Shown here piece by piece: positions 44,354-53,731 of a stretch of DNA of 59,635 bases. The notes beneath the pieces were generated by a model. It had not been told where the DNA came from, did no database searches, and was given only the letters and a program-made list of their open reading frames with translations. The stretch lies in the UHGV virus genome UHGV-0248400; one strand, given 5' to 3'. The position numbers were made by a program, and so were the translations under genes. Position 1 is the first letter of the stretch. Each line of letters opens with the position of its first letter. Source of the DNA: a virus.

Positions 44354-46883
44354 AGTTGTTTACCACACAGTACCGATTGAAAAAGCTGAAAATGTTGATT
44401 TTGGTGAATGGTTACTGAAACGCTGGCCCGTTGGATCTGTTCGTCCCCGTGGGTTACTTATTTTTAAAAACGATGAGAATATTACTCATGAGTGGGTACA
44501 TAATCCATCAGTTTTAAACGATCCTGACGCAACTTATCATATTTACGAATTACCACGCGGCGGTATTGTAAGCGCTATTACAGGTGTGATTGGCGCTATC
44601 CTCAACCCTATTTTAAAAATATTCACACCGCAGGGTAACGTTTCGAATGCCACAATAAACAGTAAAATAAAATCGTCGAACAACTCGTTACAGGGTCGTT
44701 CGAACGATTCCCGCCCTGGTGAACGAATTGCAGATATTCGTGGTATGGTCAGAGCATACCCGGATCTGTTAATGAACTACAATATTTTTAAAGACGGTAC
44801 AGAGTTTGAATGTCAGTTTCTTTGTCTGGGTGCTGGCTCATATGTTACCGATGAAATCAGCGATGGCGTAACACCTATCACTAACGTGTCTGGTTCTCAG
44901 ATTTCAATTTATGAACCAGGAACTGCACCTGGGTATGGTTCACCCTCAACTGTTATTAACGGTGCTATCGATATCGCATCCTTCCCCGTGGTTATCGCTA
45001 AAGAATCGAATGAAGTTGATGGCGCTGAACTATTTCCGCCGAACTACGCAGATGTTAGTTCAGGGAATGTCACCTATACCATTTATTCTACGGGTCAAAT
45101 AGATGCGATCAGTAATGATGACGATAACCCTATTAACTGGTCAGATCGTGTAGCTATCGGTGATGACTTTGTAATCTCTGGTTTTATCTCACTTGAAGAA
45201 CAAATAGTGGGTGGTGTTCCAACAGGTTTATATTACCTACACGATCTAAGCGGCACGTATCAGGTCACCGGAACATCTGATGACGGTGTTTTATTAGACG
45301 TATCGGGGAACGCTAACTGGTCTTTTCTTTCTTCTACCGGGCAAGCACCATACACTACTGTTTATGATGTTGGCGGTGGTTTATATTCATTAAGTGCGTC
45401 ATCTGGTGGTACTAAAATTACTTATAAACCGAGTATGGATACAACCCGCCCTTATAGTGTCGGCCCGTACTTAATGATTAATTCACCGAAAATTCTGGTG
45501 AATGCTTACGCTCAAAATGGTATTTATCGTCGTCGCTATTATATTACACCCTTTGATGTAACTTTACGTGTAACTGTATCGAACTATGATAATCCGTCTG
45601 ATCCTGAATATACTTTCGATTTTGTAGTTAAAGGTTCAACAAGCGCTACAGGCGCATCTTTATTATTTGACAACCCCTATCCTGATGCGGCGTTTATCAG
45701 GATGCAGCGCATTACAGATACTACATTAAATGAAAGCATTTCGACTATCGATACTGTTAAGTGGCGCGATATGTATGGTATTACTGATATTTCACCGCGC
45801 AGTTATGGTAATGTTACAACAATACATTCAGTAACCAAAGCTACATCTGCGGCTTTAAAATTAAAAGAAAGAAAGTTAAACATGCTTGCTACCAGAATTT
45901 ATAACGGTAGTCCGAGTAGTAATTTTGCGGATGTTGTTATGTCGATGCATCTTGATCCACACTTCGGACGCCGTGACCTATCGACAATCGATGTTGATGC
46001 ACTTTATGCAGTACAGCAACAACTGCTTGATTATTTTGGTGATCCTCGTGCTATTCAGGTTGGGTACACATTTGACGACAACGGGACCACCTATGAAGAA
46101 GCGTTGCAGACTATTTGCAATACGGTGAACGTAACACCATATCAGGTTGGTAGTGTGCTTTACTTCTGGCCTGAATTACCACAAGCAGTATCTGCTATGC
46201 AGTTTGGACACGCATTTAAAGTACCTGATACTGACAAACGTACCCGTGCATTTGCACCACCAAAAGAATACACAGGTGTTCAGGTTAAGTACTTCGATCA
46301 CGATGAAAAATCATATCTTTACGTTACGATCGGTGAAGAAACTAACCTGAATAAAATAGATTTAGTTGCCTGCCAGTCAAAATATCTGGCTACAATCCGC
46401 GCTAATCGTGAGATGAATAAACTACGTTATCAACGTATCACACACGAATGCACCGCGCTTAGCATCGGTTTACAGGCTACGCCAGGAATGCGTGTGGATA
46501 TGATCGATAATACCAGAATGAAACAACATGAGGGTGTGATTGTTGACGTTGACGGTTTAATGTTGACATTAAGTGATCCTGTTGATTTTGTTACAGGCAA
46601 TACATATTCAATTACGATAACCGGGCGTTTAGGTACGCTTGAAAATATTCCGGTTTCACCCGGTGATGATGAATTTACCGTTGTATTACAGTCAGCACCA
46701 ACAGAAGAAATATATACCGGGTGGTTACAGGATCGGACCAGTTATATTATCAGAACAGATGATGAACGTAGCAAGCTGGCAATGCTGGTACAGACTATGG
46801 AACCTTCAGGCGCTGACAACAACTATCAGGTAGGTTTAACGTGCATCAACTACGATGCACGTTACTACCAGGATGATAATTAA
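44346..46883 (+). CDS. tail tip / central fibre protein (gpJ-like host specificity protein)
   Basis: 845 aa. Last gene of the + tail block after the K-like gene. Confidence 0.5.
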   Translation: MSKVVYHTVPIEKAENVDFGEWLLKRWPVGSVRPRGLLIFKNDENITHEWVHNPSVLNDPDATYHIYELPRGGIVSAITGVIGAILNPILKIFTPQGNVSNATINSKIKSSNNSLQGRSNDSRPGERIADIRGMVRAYPDLLMNYNIFKDGTEFECQFLCLGAGSYVTDEISDGVTPITNVSGSQISIYEPGTAPGYGSPSTVINGAIDIASFPVVIAKESNEVDGAELFPPNYADVSSGNVTYTIYSTGQIDAISNDDDNPINWSDRVAIGDDFVISGFISLEEQIVGGVPTGLYYLHDLSGTYQVTGTSDDGVLLDVSGNANWSFLSSTGQAPYTTVYDVGGGLYSLSASSGGTKITYKPSMDTTRPYSVGPYLMINSPKILVNAYAQNGIYRRRYYITPFDVTLRVTVSNYDNPSDPEYTFDFVVKGSTSATGASLLFDNPYPDAAFIRMQRITDTTLNESISTIDTVKWRDMYGITDISPRSYGNVTTIHSVTKATSAALKLKERKLNMLATRIYNGSPSSNFADVVMSMHLDPHFGRRDLSTIDVDALYAVQQQLLDYFGDPRAIQVGYTFDDNGTTYEEALQTICNTVNVTPYQVGSVLYFWPELPQAVSAMQFGHAFKVPDTDKRTRAFAPPKEYTGVQVKYFDHDEKSYLYVTIGEETNLNKIDLVACQSKYLATIRANREMNKLRYQRITHECTALSIGLQATPGMRVDMIDNTRMKQHEGVIVDVDGLMLTLSDPVDFVTGNTYSITITGRLGTLENIPVSPGDDEFTVVLQSAPTEEIYTGWLQDRTSYIIRTDDERSKLAMLVQTMEPSGADNNYQVGLTCINYDARYYQDDN

Positions 46884-46885
46884 CT

Positions 46886-49390
46886 TTACATAGTTTCTGT
46901 TCTTAATGTTGGCGCTGTAAAGCTGACCGCAGCGCCACTAACCGTCGCATCACAAGCGGTAAACAGTTTTATGGTGTTACCAGAAATTTCAAATACTTTT
47001 TTAGCACCTGTTACACCTGCTATAGAAATAACGCATCCACGATATAAATTAGTAGCATCGTTTACGGTTATCGTTTTGCTGCCAGATGTTGTTGACGCTG
47101 TTACTCCTGTTAAAGTTCCGTATGTGCCATCCGTTAACACCGTGTATCTATTGCCAGCAGTGAAATCAGTTATTGTACTTCCTGCATAATGAGTGCCTAC
47201 AGATGGAGCACCGAGTTTTGTTTTTGCTGTACCCTTATACGCGCAAGATCCTGCCGCAATGGCAATATTAGAGTCAGACTGGTTAGCCTCTATGAATGAT
47301 AAAGGGCTTATGGTATTTACTAAAATACCCTGCGTGGCCGCTAAAGTATCGCTAACAGCTTGCCCGCGAACCTGATTATTCGTCATATCCAAAATATAAT
47401 CAAAACCAGACGGTCTAAACAGAATACCGTTTGCCAGTTGGCCCAACGTTGACGCCAGGCTGTACCCATCGATAGTATTACCGCTGATTTTAGCTTTCGG
47501 AGCTGTAAAAGTAGCAGTAACAGACCCGTTTACTTGATCCACAACAATGCCACCGGAATGTGCATTAACCATTGTGTTTCCGCTAATCTCAAGTTCATAA
47601 TCAAATTGATGTATGCGGATATAAGGTCTGCTCCCCGTTAAATCGAGTGGTGCCGCACGAAACGAGTTATTACGAATGAACATATTAGAAAATCTTTTGT
47701 ATGCATCCTGTGTTATTGCAGCAATACCAGCGCCACAACCACTAATTAGGTTATCTGTTATATAGATTTGGTCTATAATTGCCCGTGAATTTGGTACTGA
47801 ATTATCAGGCCAGAATCTCAGACGCACGCCACCCGATGTGTTATTAGTGGATTCACTCCCGATAATGTCAAAAAATTCATTGTGATGAATTTTTATATTC
47901 TTCACATATGAGTTATCGAGAGAGTTAGCATCATTTGTAAGATAAACTCCACCCTCATGACCTACGCGGAATCTGTTATAGGCTATCTCCGCACCGTCCA
48001 CAAAACTATAAAGTTTCATAGTTCCGTGCACCCTTGAAATCTTATTCCTGATAAAGTTTATATTTGAACAAGGGAACAGAGGATCAAATGACCCTGATGA
48101 TAGCGCATCGTCACCAATTTCCTCTAAAATGTTATCGTAGGCCCATACGTCGTTACATTTATAAAAATGGATACCGTCTGTGCCTGATTTTGGGCTGGCA
48201 TAGGTGCCAACATGGTTACCTGCGTAACATCTTCTTACCACTACAGATTGGCAAAAAACAAAGAAAATACCATACCCTATAGCATTTTCTTCTTTAACAT
48301 CCTCTAAAAGAATAGGGGAGAAGTTACCAAACGAGAAAGATTTTGGACCTGCTGAACCGGAATATGCAAGGTAGTTAGGGCGCACGCAAGAAACACCTTT
48401 CACTGTTCCCTGGTATTTTGTTACAGAGTTAGTCTCAGGACCAAAAGTTAAACCAGCTGACAAATGATCAAATACAAATACTACATGTGCGGACCCCGCA
48501 CCAATCAAGTCAACAATACCATTACCTAAAGTTACAGAAGACGTTAGACGCATTTTTAACGGCGTATTCTGTCTAATCGGTAATCTGGCAGAAAAAACGC
48601 GAAGAACCGCAGCAGTATCATCTGTTCCGGTTACAGTTGCACCAGAAATAACAGCATCACCAACAACACCACCATCAAAAAAGCTAACACCTTTCGATAT
48701 GTCACGCGCCCAACCAAAAGATGAGTTAACCCTGAAAAAGCTCACGCCATCATCGACCAGTGCCGTACTGCTAACACCAGTCAATATTCCACCGCCTTTC
48801 CCGGTACCAGTGTTATATTCTTTGAGAAATATTTTATTTCCAGCAGAACCGGTAATGGTTCTTAATTGAGTAACATTAGATACTGAACCAATTAATTTTA
48901 ACCCAGATGAAGATGCTAATTCCTGTCTCAGCGTTGCATCACCAACGCTTACCAGATGCGTAACATCAGTCGTCCATGATGTACTATTAATACCCGTGGT
49001 TGTGTATGGTGGATTGGTAGCCGCATTTAAACGCCAGAACTCATTCTGATAACGAATGATCTGGTTGCGAGCGGTAATTGTATACGGTCCATTTTCATAA
49101 TCTCCTAAAAACTGATAGCCAGAGTTTAAGAGGAATTGCTGAAAACGTGCTTCTTTATCTATCTGTGATGCAACAAACTCTGCTTCACGCTCATCTTGCG
49201 CTGTCTGAAACTGCGCTTCCATACCGTCAAGTGTCAAGTTCGTTACTTGCTCACCACGAATAGTATCAGTTACAGTTAAAGCATGTGCACCGTTAGCATC
49301 TTTGCTTTTAGCAACGCGCTCTATGTGTTGGACTGCTTGTTTACCTGTTTTAAGGTCGTCAGCACTGATATAATCACTGCAGTTAGCCAT
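46886..49390 (-). CDS. tailspike/tail fibre with predicted right-handed beta-helix (depolymerase-like) domain
   Basis: 834 aa on the opposite strand, convergent with the J-like gene (3-nt gap). Repetitive G/N/T/S/V-rich beta-helix-like pattern. Confidence 0.5.
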   Translation of the reverse strand: MANCSDYISADDLKTGKQAVQHIERVAKSKDANGAHALTVTDTIRGEQVTNLTLDGMEAQFQTAQDEREAEFVASQIDKEARFQQFLLNSGYQFLGDYENGPYTITARNQIIRYQNEFWRLNAATNPPYTTTGINSTSWTTDVTHLVSVGDATLRQELASSSGLKLIGSVSNVTQLRTITGSAGNKIFLKEYNTGTGKGGGILTGVSSTALVDDGVSFFRVNSSFGWARDISKGVSFFDGGVVGDAVISGATVTGTDDTAAVLRVFSARLPIRQNTPLKMRLTSSVTLGNGIVDLIGAGSAHVVFVFDHLSAGLTFGPETNSVTKYQGTVKGVSCVRPNYLAYSGSAGPKSFSFGNFSPILLEDVKEENAIGYGIFFVFCQSVVVRRCYAGNHVGTYASPKSGTDGIHFYKCNDVWAYDNILEEIGDDALSSGSFDPLFPCSNINFIRNKISRVHGTMKLYSFVDGAEIAYNRFRVGHEGGVYLTNDANSLDNSYVKNIKIHHNEFFDIIGSESTNNTSGGVRLRFWPDNSVPNSRAIIDQIYITDNLISGCGAGIAAITQDAYKRFSNMFIRNNSFRAAPLDLTGSRPYIRIHQFDYELEISGNTMVNAHSGGIVVDQVNGSVTATFTAPKAKISGNTIDGYSLASTLGQLANGILFRPSGFDYILDMTNNQVRGQAVSDTLAATQGILVNTISPLSFIEANQSDSNIAIAAGSCAYKGTAKTKLGAPSVGTHYAGSTITDFTAGNRYTVLTDGTYGTLTGVTASTTSGSKTITVNDATNLYRGCVISIAGVTGAKKVFEISGNTIKLFTACDATVSGAAVSFTAPTLRTETM

Positions 49391-49418
49391 CTTTTAACCC
49401 TCGTGGGAGTGTGGAACA

Positions 49419-49742
49419 ATGTCCGATAATCCGGTATTGAAATATTGGCCTATCATAACATTTATTGTAACTGGTGCGGTAGGTTTCGGCGTACTCCAGC
49501 AGCAGGTTAACGCAACGGCTAAAGATGTAGCTGACGCAAAGGTAAACGCCACCAACGCCTATAACCTCGCAAAACGTATTGAATCCCGTGTTGATGTTCA
49601 CGATGTAAAATTAGAGTATCAGGCTGTTCAGAATACTCAAATCCTTTCCAGCGTCAAAGAACTTACCCAGTCTACCAACGATCTAAAAGTCGTTATCGAA
49701 GGTCTTAAAAATCAACGTCGTACAGAGGGTGAAACAAGATGA
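49419..49742 (+). CDS. lysis-cassette membrane protein (single N-terminal TM + coiled coil; holin/antiholin-like)
   Basis: TM IITFIVTGAVGFGVL followed by a coiled coil. First gene of the lysis cassette. Confidence 0.35.
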   Translation: MSDNPVLKYWPIITFIVTGAVGFGVLQQQVNATAKDVADAKVNATNAYNLAKRIESRVDVHDVKLEYQAVQNTQILSSVKELTQSTNDLKVVIEGLKNQRRTEGETR

Positions 49743-50206
49743 GTAAATTAATACCTATTTTGAACTTTGAAGAAGGGTATAAGGAAAAACCTTACATTGA
49801 TACCCGTGGTTATCCGACAGTTGCGGGTGGCATTTTGATCGGTCCTAAAGGGGCTGCTTTAAGCAACTACACATTTACTGTTCCCCGTGAGGTCGGTGAT
49901 GTATGGAAACAGTCTATTATTAAGCAAAAGACATCAGAGATTAGTAATTATCCTGATATTGTCAATGCTTTAAAACAGTGCAACGATGCCCGTACAGATA
50001 TCATCATGAGTATGGCTTATCAGATGGGTGTTGCTGGTCTGGCAGGTTTTAAAAACACTTTAAAATTAATTTCCACGGGTGATTTTAAAGGTGCTGCGAA
50101 TGGCATGTTAAATAGTGCCTGGGCTAAACAAACACCGAACCGTGCTAAACGTCACGCACAGGTTATGATTGACGGGACGTATAAAGCATATGAGGGGCTT
50201 ATCTAA
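49739..50206 (+). CDS. endolysin, T4-lysozyme-like (GH24)
   Basis: N-terminus LNFEEGYKEKPYIDTRGYPTVAGG matches the E...Y.D..G..T.G.G catalytic region of GH24 lysozymes. Confidence 0.8.
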   Translation: MSKLIPILNFEEGYKEKPYIDTRGYPTVAGGILIGPKGAALSNYTFTVPREVGDVWKQSIIKQKTSEISNYPDIVNALKQCNDARTDIIMSMAYQMGVAGLAGFKNTLKLISTGDFKGAANGMLNSAWAKQTPNRAKRHAQVMIDGTYKAYEGLI

Positions 50207-50448
50207 TGGATATGTTCAGCATGTTTCGTAACGCAGCGGGTGGTATCTCGTTAAGCCGGGCGCAGGCCGCGCTGGGTTTCCTTGTGGTTACCGGGATCCT
50301 GATCTACCAGGCAGTTGACCAGACATTAGATAATACGGTTCTGCTAACATACTTCGGTTTCTGTATCGGTCAGTATGTAGGCGCTAAAAAGATCGCCGTT
50401 GATAAGGATATCAAAGAACAGAAAATTGATGCGGGGTTAAACCCATGA
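50206..50448 (+). CDS. holin (class II, 2 TM)
   Basis: 80 aa with two hydrophobic helices and a charged C-terminus. Lies between the endolysin and the spanins. TAATG coupling. Confidence 0.55.
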   Translation: MDMFSMFRNAAGGISLSRAQAALGFLVVTGILIYQAVDQTLDNTVLLTYFGFCIGQYVGAKKIAVDKDIKEQKIDAGLNP

Positions 50449-50843
50449 CTATTCGTAGCGTTATCATCACGATTATTGCGCTTTTACTGGCTTTAGCAGC
50501 GGGTGGTATCACCTGTTATAAGGCCGGATATAAAGCGCGGGTGAATGAAGAAAAACAAGAAAAGTTAAATGAGGCGCAACAGGAACAGTCACGTTTGAAA
50601 GCACAGCAACAGTTGGCTGATAACGTTTTACGTGGTCTTGCTGACTGGTCACAAAATACTAAAATTGTGGAAATTCGTCATGAAAAAACCAACACTGTTT
50701 TTCGTAATGAGTGTCTTACTCCTGAATATCAGCGCCTGTACAACGAACGAGTTAGTGAAGCAGAAAGCCGTTTATCAGGCCGCACTGGTTCAGAAGTGTC
50801 AGACCGAAAATCTACCACGATTAAACGGTCTGACGGGAACTGA
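50445..50843 (+). CDS. i-spanin (Rz-like)
   Basis: N-terminal TM IITIIALLLALAAGGI then a coiled coil. Contains the embedded o-spanin. Confidence 0.6.
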   Translation: MTIRSVIITIIALLLALAAGGITCYKAGYKARVNEEKQEKLNEAQQEQSRLKAQQQLADNVLRGLADWSQNTKIVEIRHEKTNTVFRNECLTPEYQRLYNERVSEAESRLSGRTGSEVSDRKSTTIKRSDGN

Positions 50844-50928
50844 TTCAACAGATGTGAATGACGTGTGGTTAGATATTTATTTCAAGTGTGCGTATATGCA
50901 CAATGGGTTAGTAGACAGCTTGCAGTAA
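50680..50928 (+). CDS. o-spanin (Rz1-like lipoprotein), embedded/overlapping in +1 frame
   Basis: MKKPTLFFVMSVLLLNISAC is a lipoprotein signal with a lipobox. It starts inside the i-spanin and extends beyond it. Confidence 0.55.
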   Translation: MKKPTLFFVMSVLLLNISACTTNELVKQKAVYQAALVQKCQTENLPRLNGLTGTDSTDVNDVWLDIYFKCAYMHNGLVDSLQ

Positions 50929-51141
50929 TTCATCAACAGTTACTTCTACCCAGGATGCTGGAACAGGGTATTCAGTCCGGTACATAAACAGGGATGTTCC
51001 GATCAGACCATTCGGATCTGTTTTGATTCCCCGCATCGCCATGAGTGGTAAAAACTGTTCACGAGTTTGTGGCAATCGTGCAAAGCGACCAGTGGGACGT
51101 TTTGCCGGATCCATAGGATTAAATTCAACGAGTGTGGACAT
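50908..51141 (-). CDS. hypothetical protein (77 aa)
   Basis: ATG. Last gene of the minus replication block. Confidence 0.4.
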   Translation of the reverse strand: MSTLVEFNPMDPAKRPTGRFARLPQTREQFLPLMAMRGIKTDPNGLIGTSLFMYRTEYPVPASWVEVTVDELLQAVY

Positions 51142-52483
51142 ACGCGATCCTCTGTTTAGCTATTTCACAATAATGTGGGTCCATTTCAAAACCGATAAAT
51201 TCAAAACCTTCGATTGCACAGGCTTTACCAGTTGAACCACTACCTGTAAATGGATCCAGAACTTTACCACCGGGTGGTGTAACGAGGCGTACAAGCCATT
51301 GCATCAGTGCTGTAGGTTTCACCGTAGGATGGTTATTACGTGCGCCTGATGTACGCCCGGCACCTGCACGGGGGCTATTTAACCCATCAGTATCAGGTTC
51401 ACGGTCTGTCATTTCAGCAGCGGTAACCATCGCCAACATAACACCTTCATCACGGTCTGATTTGCTCGCTTTAGCACAGTAGAAGAACCGCGCGGCGCTA
51501 CCTGAATCAGCGTGAAAGGCACCAGGAACCCTTTCACGCTGGCCTGTTACATTGCCCGTTGATGCCTGACTTGCTTCAGTACCTTTTATGGGTGCAGCAG
51601 CGCCAGCTTTCGCCGGGAACAGGCTTACGACTTCATATGAACCATCGTGGATAAAGTTTGCGGGGAAGCGGCCTTGTGTGTCAGGCTGGTTAGCAGTTGA
51701 TGGATCATAATTATCAGACAGACCTGTTATTGATGGTCTACCATTTGCAGATGATTTAAAATCGCCATTCAGTTCTGTTCGACAACCATCAATGTTCATA
51801 CCACCCGTACCGAACTGCAGGATATTTTCAGCAACCGTTCCAGCCAGTGGTTTACGCGCAACGCAAATAGGCTCATGAGCAGGTTTTAAAGCTGTTCCCC
51901 ATCCTTGCCACTGTTTTGCTTCGTCAGTAGCTGGTGCGGTGATAAGTTTTTTACTGAGGTCCATTGTATCGTGACGATTTTCAGCATCACGCCAATTATT
52001 ATTGATCGCTGAACTTTTACGATCTCGACCGTCAAAAGAACTTCGAGGATCTACAACACCTATTACTTCACGTTCAGCACCTGAAGCCTTATCAATCGCC
52101 TTGCTGATATCCAGTGACTTAGGGAAACCGGAACCATAAACCCAGTCAATTTGATCACGGATTTCAAATCCAGCTAAACGGATCGCCAGCGTCCCCAGGT
52201 CATAGGTGCGTGTTCCGAAAAACGCTAATAGGTGACCACCTGGTTTCAGAACGCGGAAAACTTCTTTCCAGACTGACGGACCCGGAACAAAACTATCCCA
52301 GGTTTTACCCATAAAACCACCGCCTGTATGAACATAATCGTCGCCGTTTAACCAATGGCGTAAAACTTCATTCATATCAGGTTGTTTACTGAGTCCGTAA
52401 GGCGGATCTGTCACGACTGCATCGATACTGTTATCGGAAAGCATCATACGCATACCGATCAGGCATTCCATGTTAATCACCAT
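51125..52483 (-). CDS. DNA N6-adenine/N4-cytosine methyltransferase (N6_N4_Mtase family, beta class) with large insertion
   Basis: Motif IV DPPYG near the N-terminus, motif I DPFTGSGSTG near the C-terminus, and HPTVKP. 452 aa. Confidence 0.75.
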   Translation of the reverse strand: MVINMECLIGMRMMLSDNSIDAVVTDPPYGLSKQPDMNEVLRHWLNGDDYVHTGGGFMGKTWDSFVPGPSVWKEVFRVLKPGGHLLAFFGTRTYDLGTLAIRLAGFEIRDQIDWVYGSGFPKSLDISKAIDKASGAEREVIGVVDPRSSFDGRDRKSSAINNNWRDAENRHDTMDLSKKLITAPATDEAKQWQGWGTALKPAHEPICVARKPLAGTVAENILQFGTGGMNIDGCRTELNGDFKSSANGRPSITGLSDNYDPSTANQPDTQGRFPANFIHDGSYEVVSLFPAKAGAAAPIKGTEASQASTGNVTGQRERVPGAFHADSGSAARFFYCAKASKSDRDEGVMLAMVTAAEMTDREPDTDGLNSPRAGAGRTSGARNNHPTVKPTALMQWLVRLVTPPGGKVLDPFTGSGSTGKACAIEGFEFIGFEMDPHYCEIAKQRIAYVHTR

Positions 52484-52823
52484 GTGGAATACTCTCTACG
52501 CTGTAATAAATAGGGATGCCCAGCCGTTCAGCTTCTGCAATTTCTGCCAGTGTACCAGACGAACGACGATAATCAGGAAGCACCAGAACAGCATCACAGC
52601 GGTGCATGACTTCCAGTGTACCTGACAGGTAGTATTCAGGCTGAACATTACGCAGACCGCCGTCAAAGTCCCATAGTTCGGTATTTTTGTGGGGGATCAC
52701 CGGGAACCATTCAGGACGCTCTAACGTCAGACGTTTACCCATTTGTTCAGCACGGGACACATTACGGGATGTTTTAAGCGCACAATCAGCGCGATAAGGT
52801 CCGGCAATATAGCAGAGTTTCAT
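52473..52823 (-). CDS. nucleoside 2-deoxyribosyltransferase-fold protein (Rcl/DNPH1-like, DUF4406-type)
   Basis: YIAGPY...D.VLVLPD...SSGT..E...A...G.P matches the Rcl/NDT Rossmann-like signature. Confidence 0.45.
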   Translation of the reverse strand: MKLCYIAGPYRADCALKTSRNVSRAEQMGKRLTLERPEWFPVIPHKNTELWDFDGGLRNVQPEYYLSGTLEVMHRCDAVLVLPDYRRSSGTLAEIAEAERLGIPIYYSVESIPHGD

Positions 52824-53161
52824 TATTTATTTTCCTGCATCATGAGAAATACGATCATTGCAGCGCGGAGTGCATTTTCATGTGTTGCGCTAATTTTTCC
52901 TCTTGAAGCAATCACAGCACCTTTAAGTTCTGTGTGTACATCATCACCCCAATTAATATCAATTTTATTTTCTACAATAATCGACCATGCATCAGCCGGG
53001 TTATTGCAGTAGTCATACCAGCGATAGTTATCGTTAGAACACAAACTACCAACAGAACGTTTATTCGCCTCGTGTGGATAATTTAAGGGTGTATATTTAT
53101 TTAAAGTTTTAGCAACTCTTTTATTGATCTCAAAATCACTTAATTTATTGTAGTTAACCAT
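52823..53161 (-). CDS. NinX-like protein (DUF2591)
   Basis: N-terminus YNKLSDFEINKRVAKTL resembles lambdoid NinX. Confidence 0.35.
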   Translation of the reverse strand: MVNYNKLSDFEINKRVAKTLNKYTPLNYPHEANKRSVGSLCSNDNYRWYDYCNNPADAWSIIVENKIDINWGDDVHTELKGAVIASRGKISATHENALRAAMIVFLMMQENK

Positions 53162-53690
53162 GACGTTTCATTCCTTCCAACATATCCCAGATGATAGCCA
53201 CACGGCGCGGGTTGGTGCTGATTGAATGCAGGGTTTCGCACCCGTGATGATAGCCCCAGCGAACAGATAATTCTGATAACAGGTAACCGCGAGTATTAGC
53301 CAGTTCTGCCAGTTCACCCGGTGCAAAAACAGTTGTGTTCGGTTCTGTCAGAACATGCGAGCCGAAAATTGCATCAGTGATGCGCCACGGTTTTATCAGG
53401 TCATCAACCATGTACCAGTTGTTGATACTAATTTCAGAGATACCCCAACGTGCAGCAAGCTTTAAACGCTCCTGACGTGCCGGGAAAACCGGCATTCGTG
53501 GTAAACGCAATTCGATCTGTTCTACAGGTTCAAAAAGTGCGTCATCGGTCAGACGGAATTCACCACGGTCATCAATGTAGAAACCACGGGATTTGCCGTC
53601 ACGAACGAACCCGTCAACGCGGTTGTAAACTTTACCCGGCGTAAACACGCCAATGGTGGAACCAGAAAGGAATTTATGTGAAGTATGCAT
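53154..53690 (-). CDS. hypothetical protein (178 aa)
   Basis: ATG. Within the replication block. Confidence 0.5.
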   Translation of the reverse strand: MHTSHKFLSGSTIGVFTPGKVYNRVDGFVRDGKSRGFYIDDRGEFRLTDDALFEPVEQIELRLPRMPVFPARQERLKLAARWGISEISINNWYMVDDLIKPWRITDAIFGSHVLTEPNTTVFAPGELAELANTRGYLLSELSVRWGYHHGCETLHSISTNPRRVAIIWDMLEGMKRHG

Positions 53691-53731
53691 TTGTTTATCG
53701 CCTCAGTAAGTTTTAAATAATTCTATACGGT

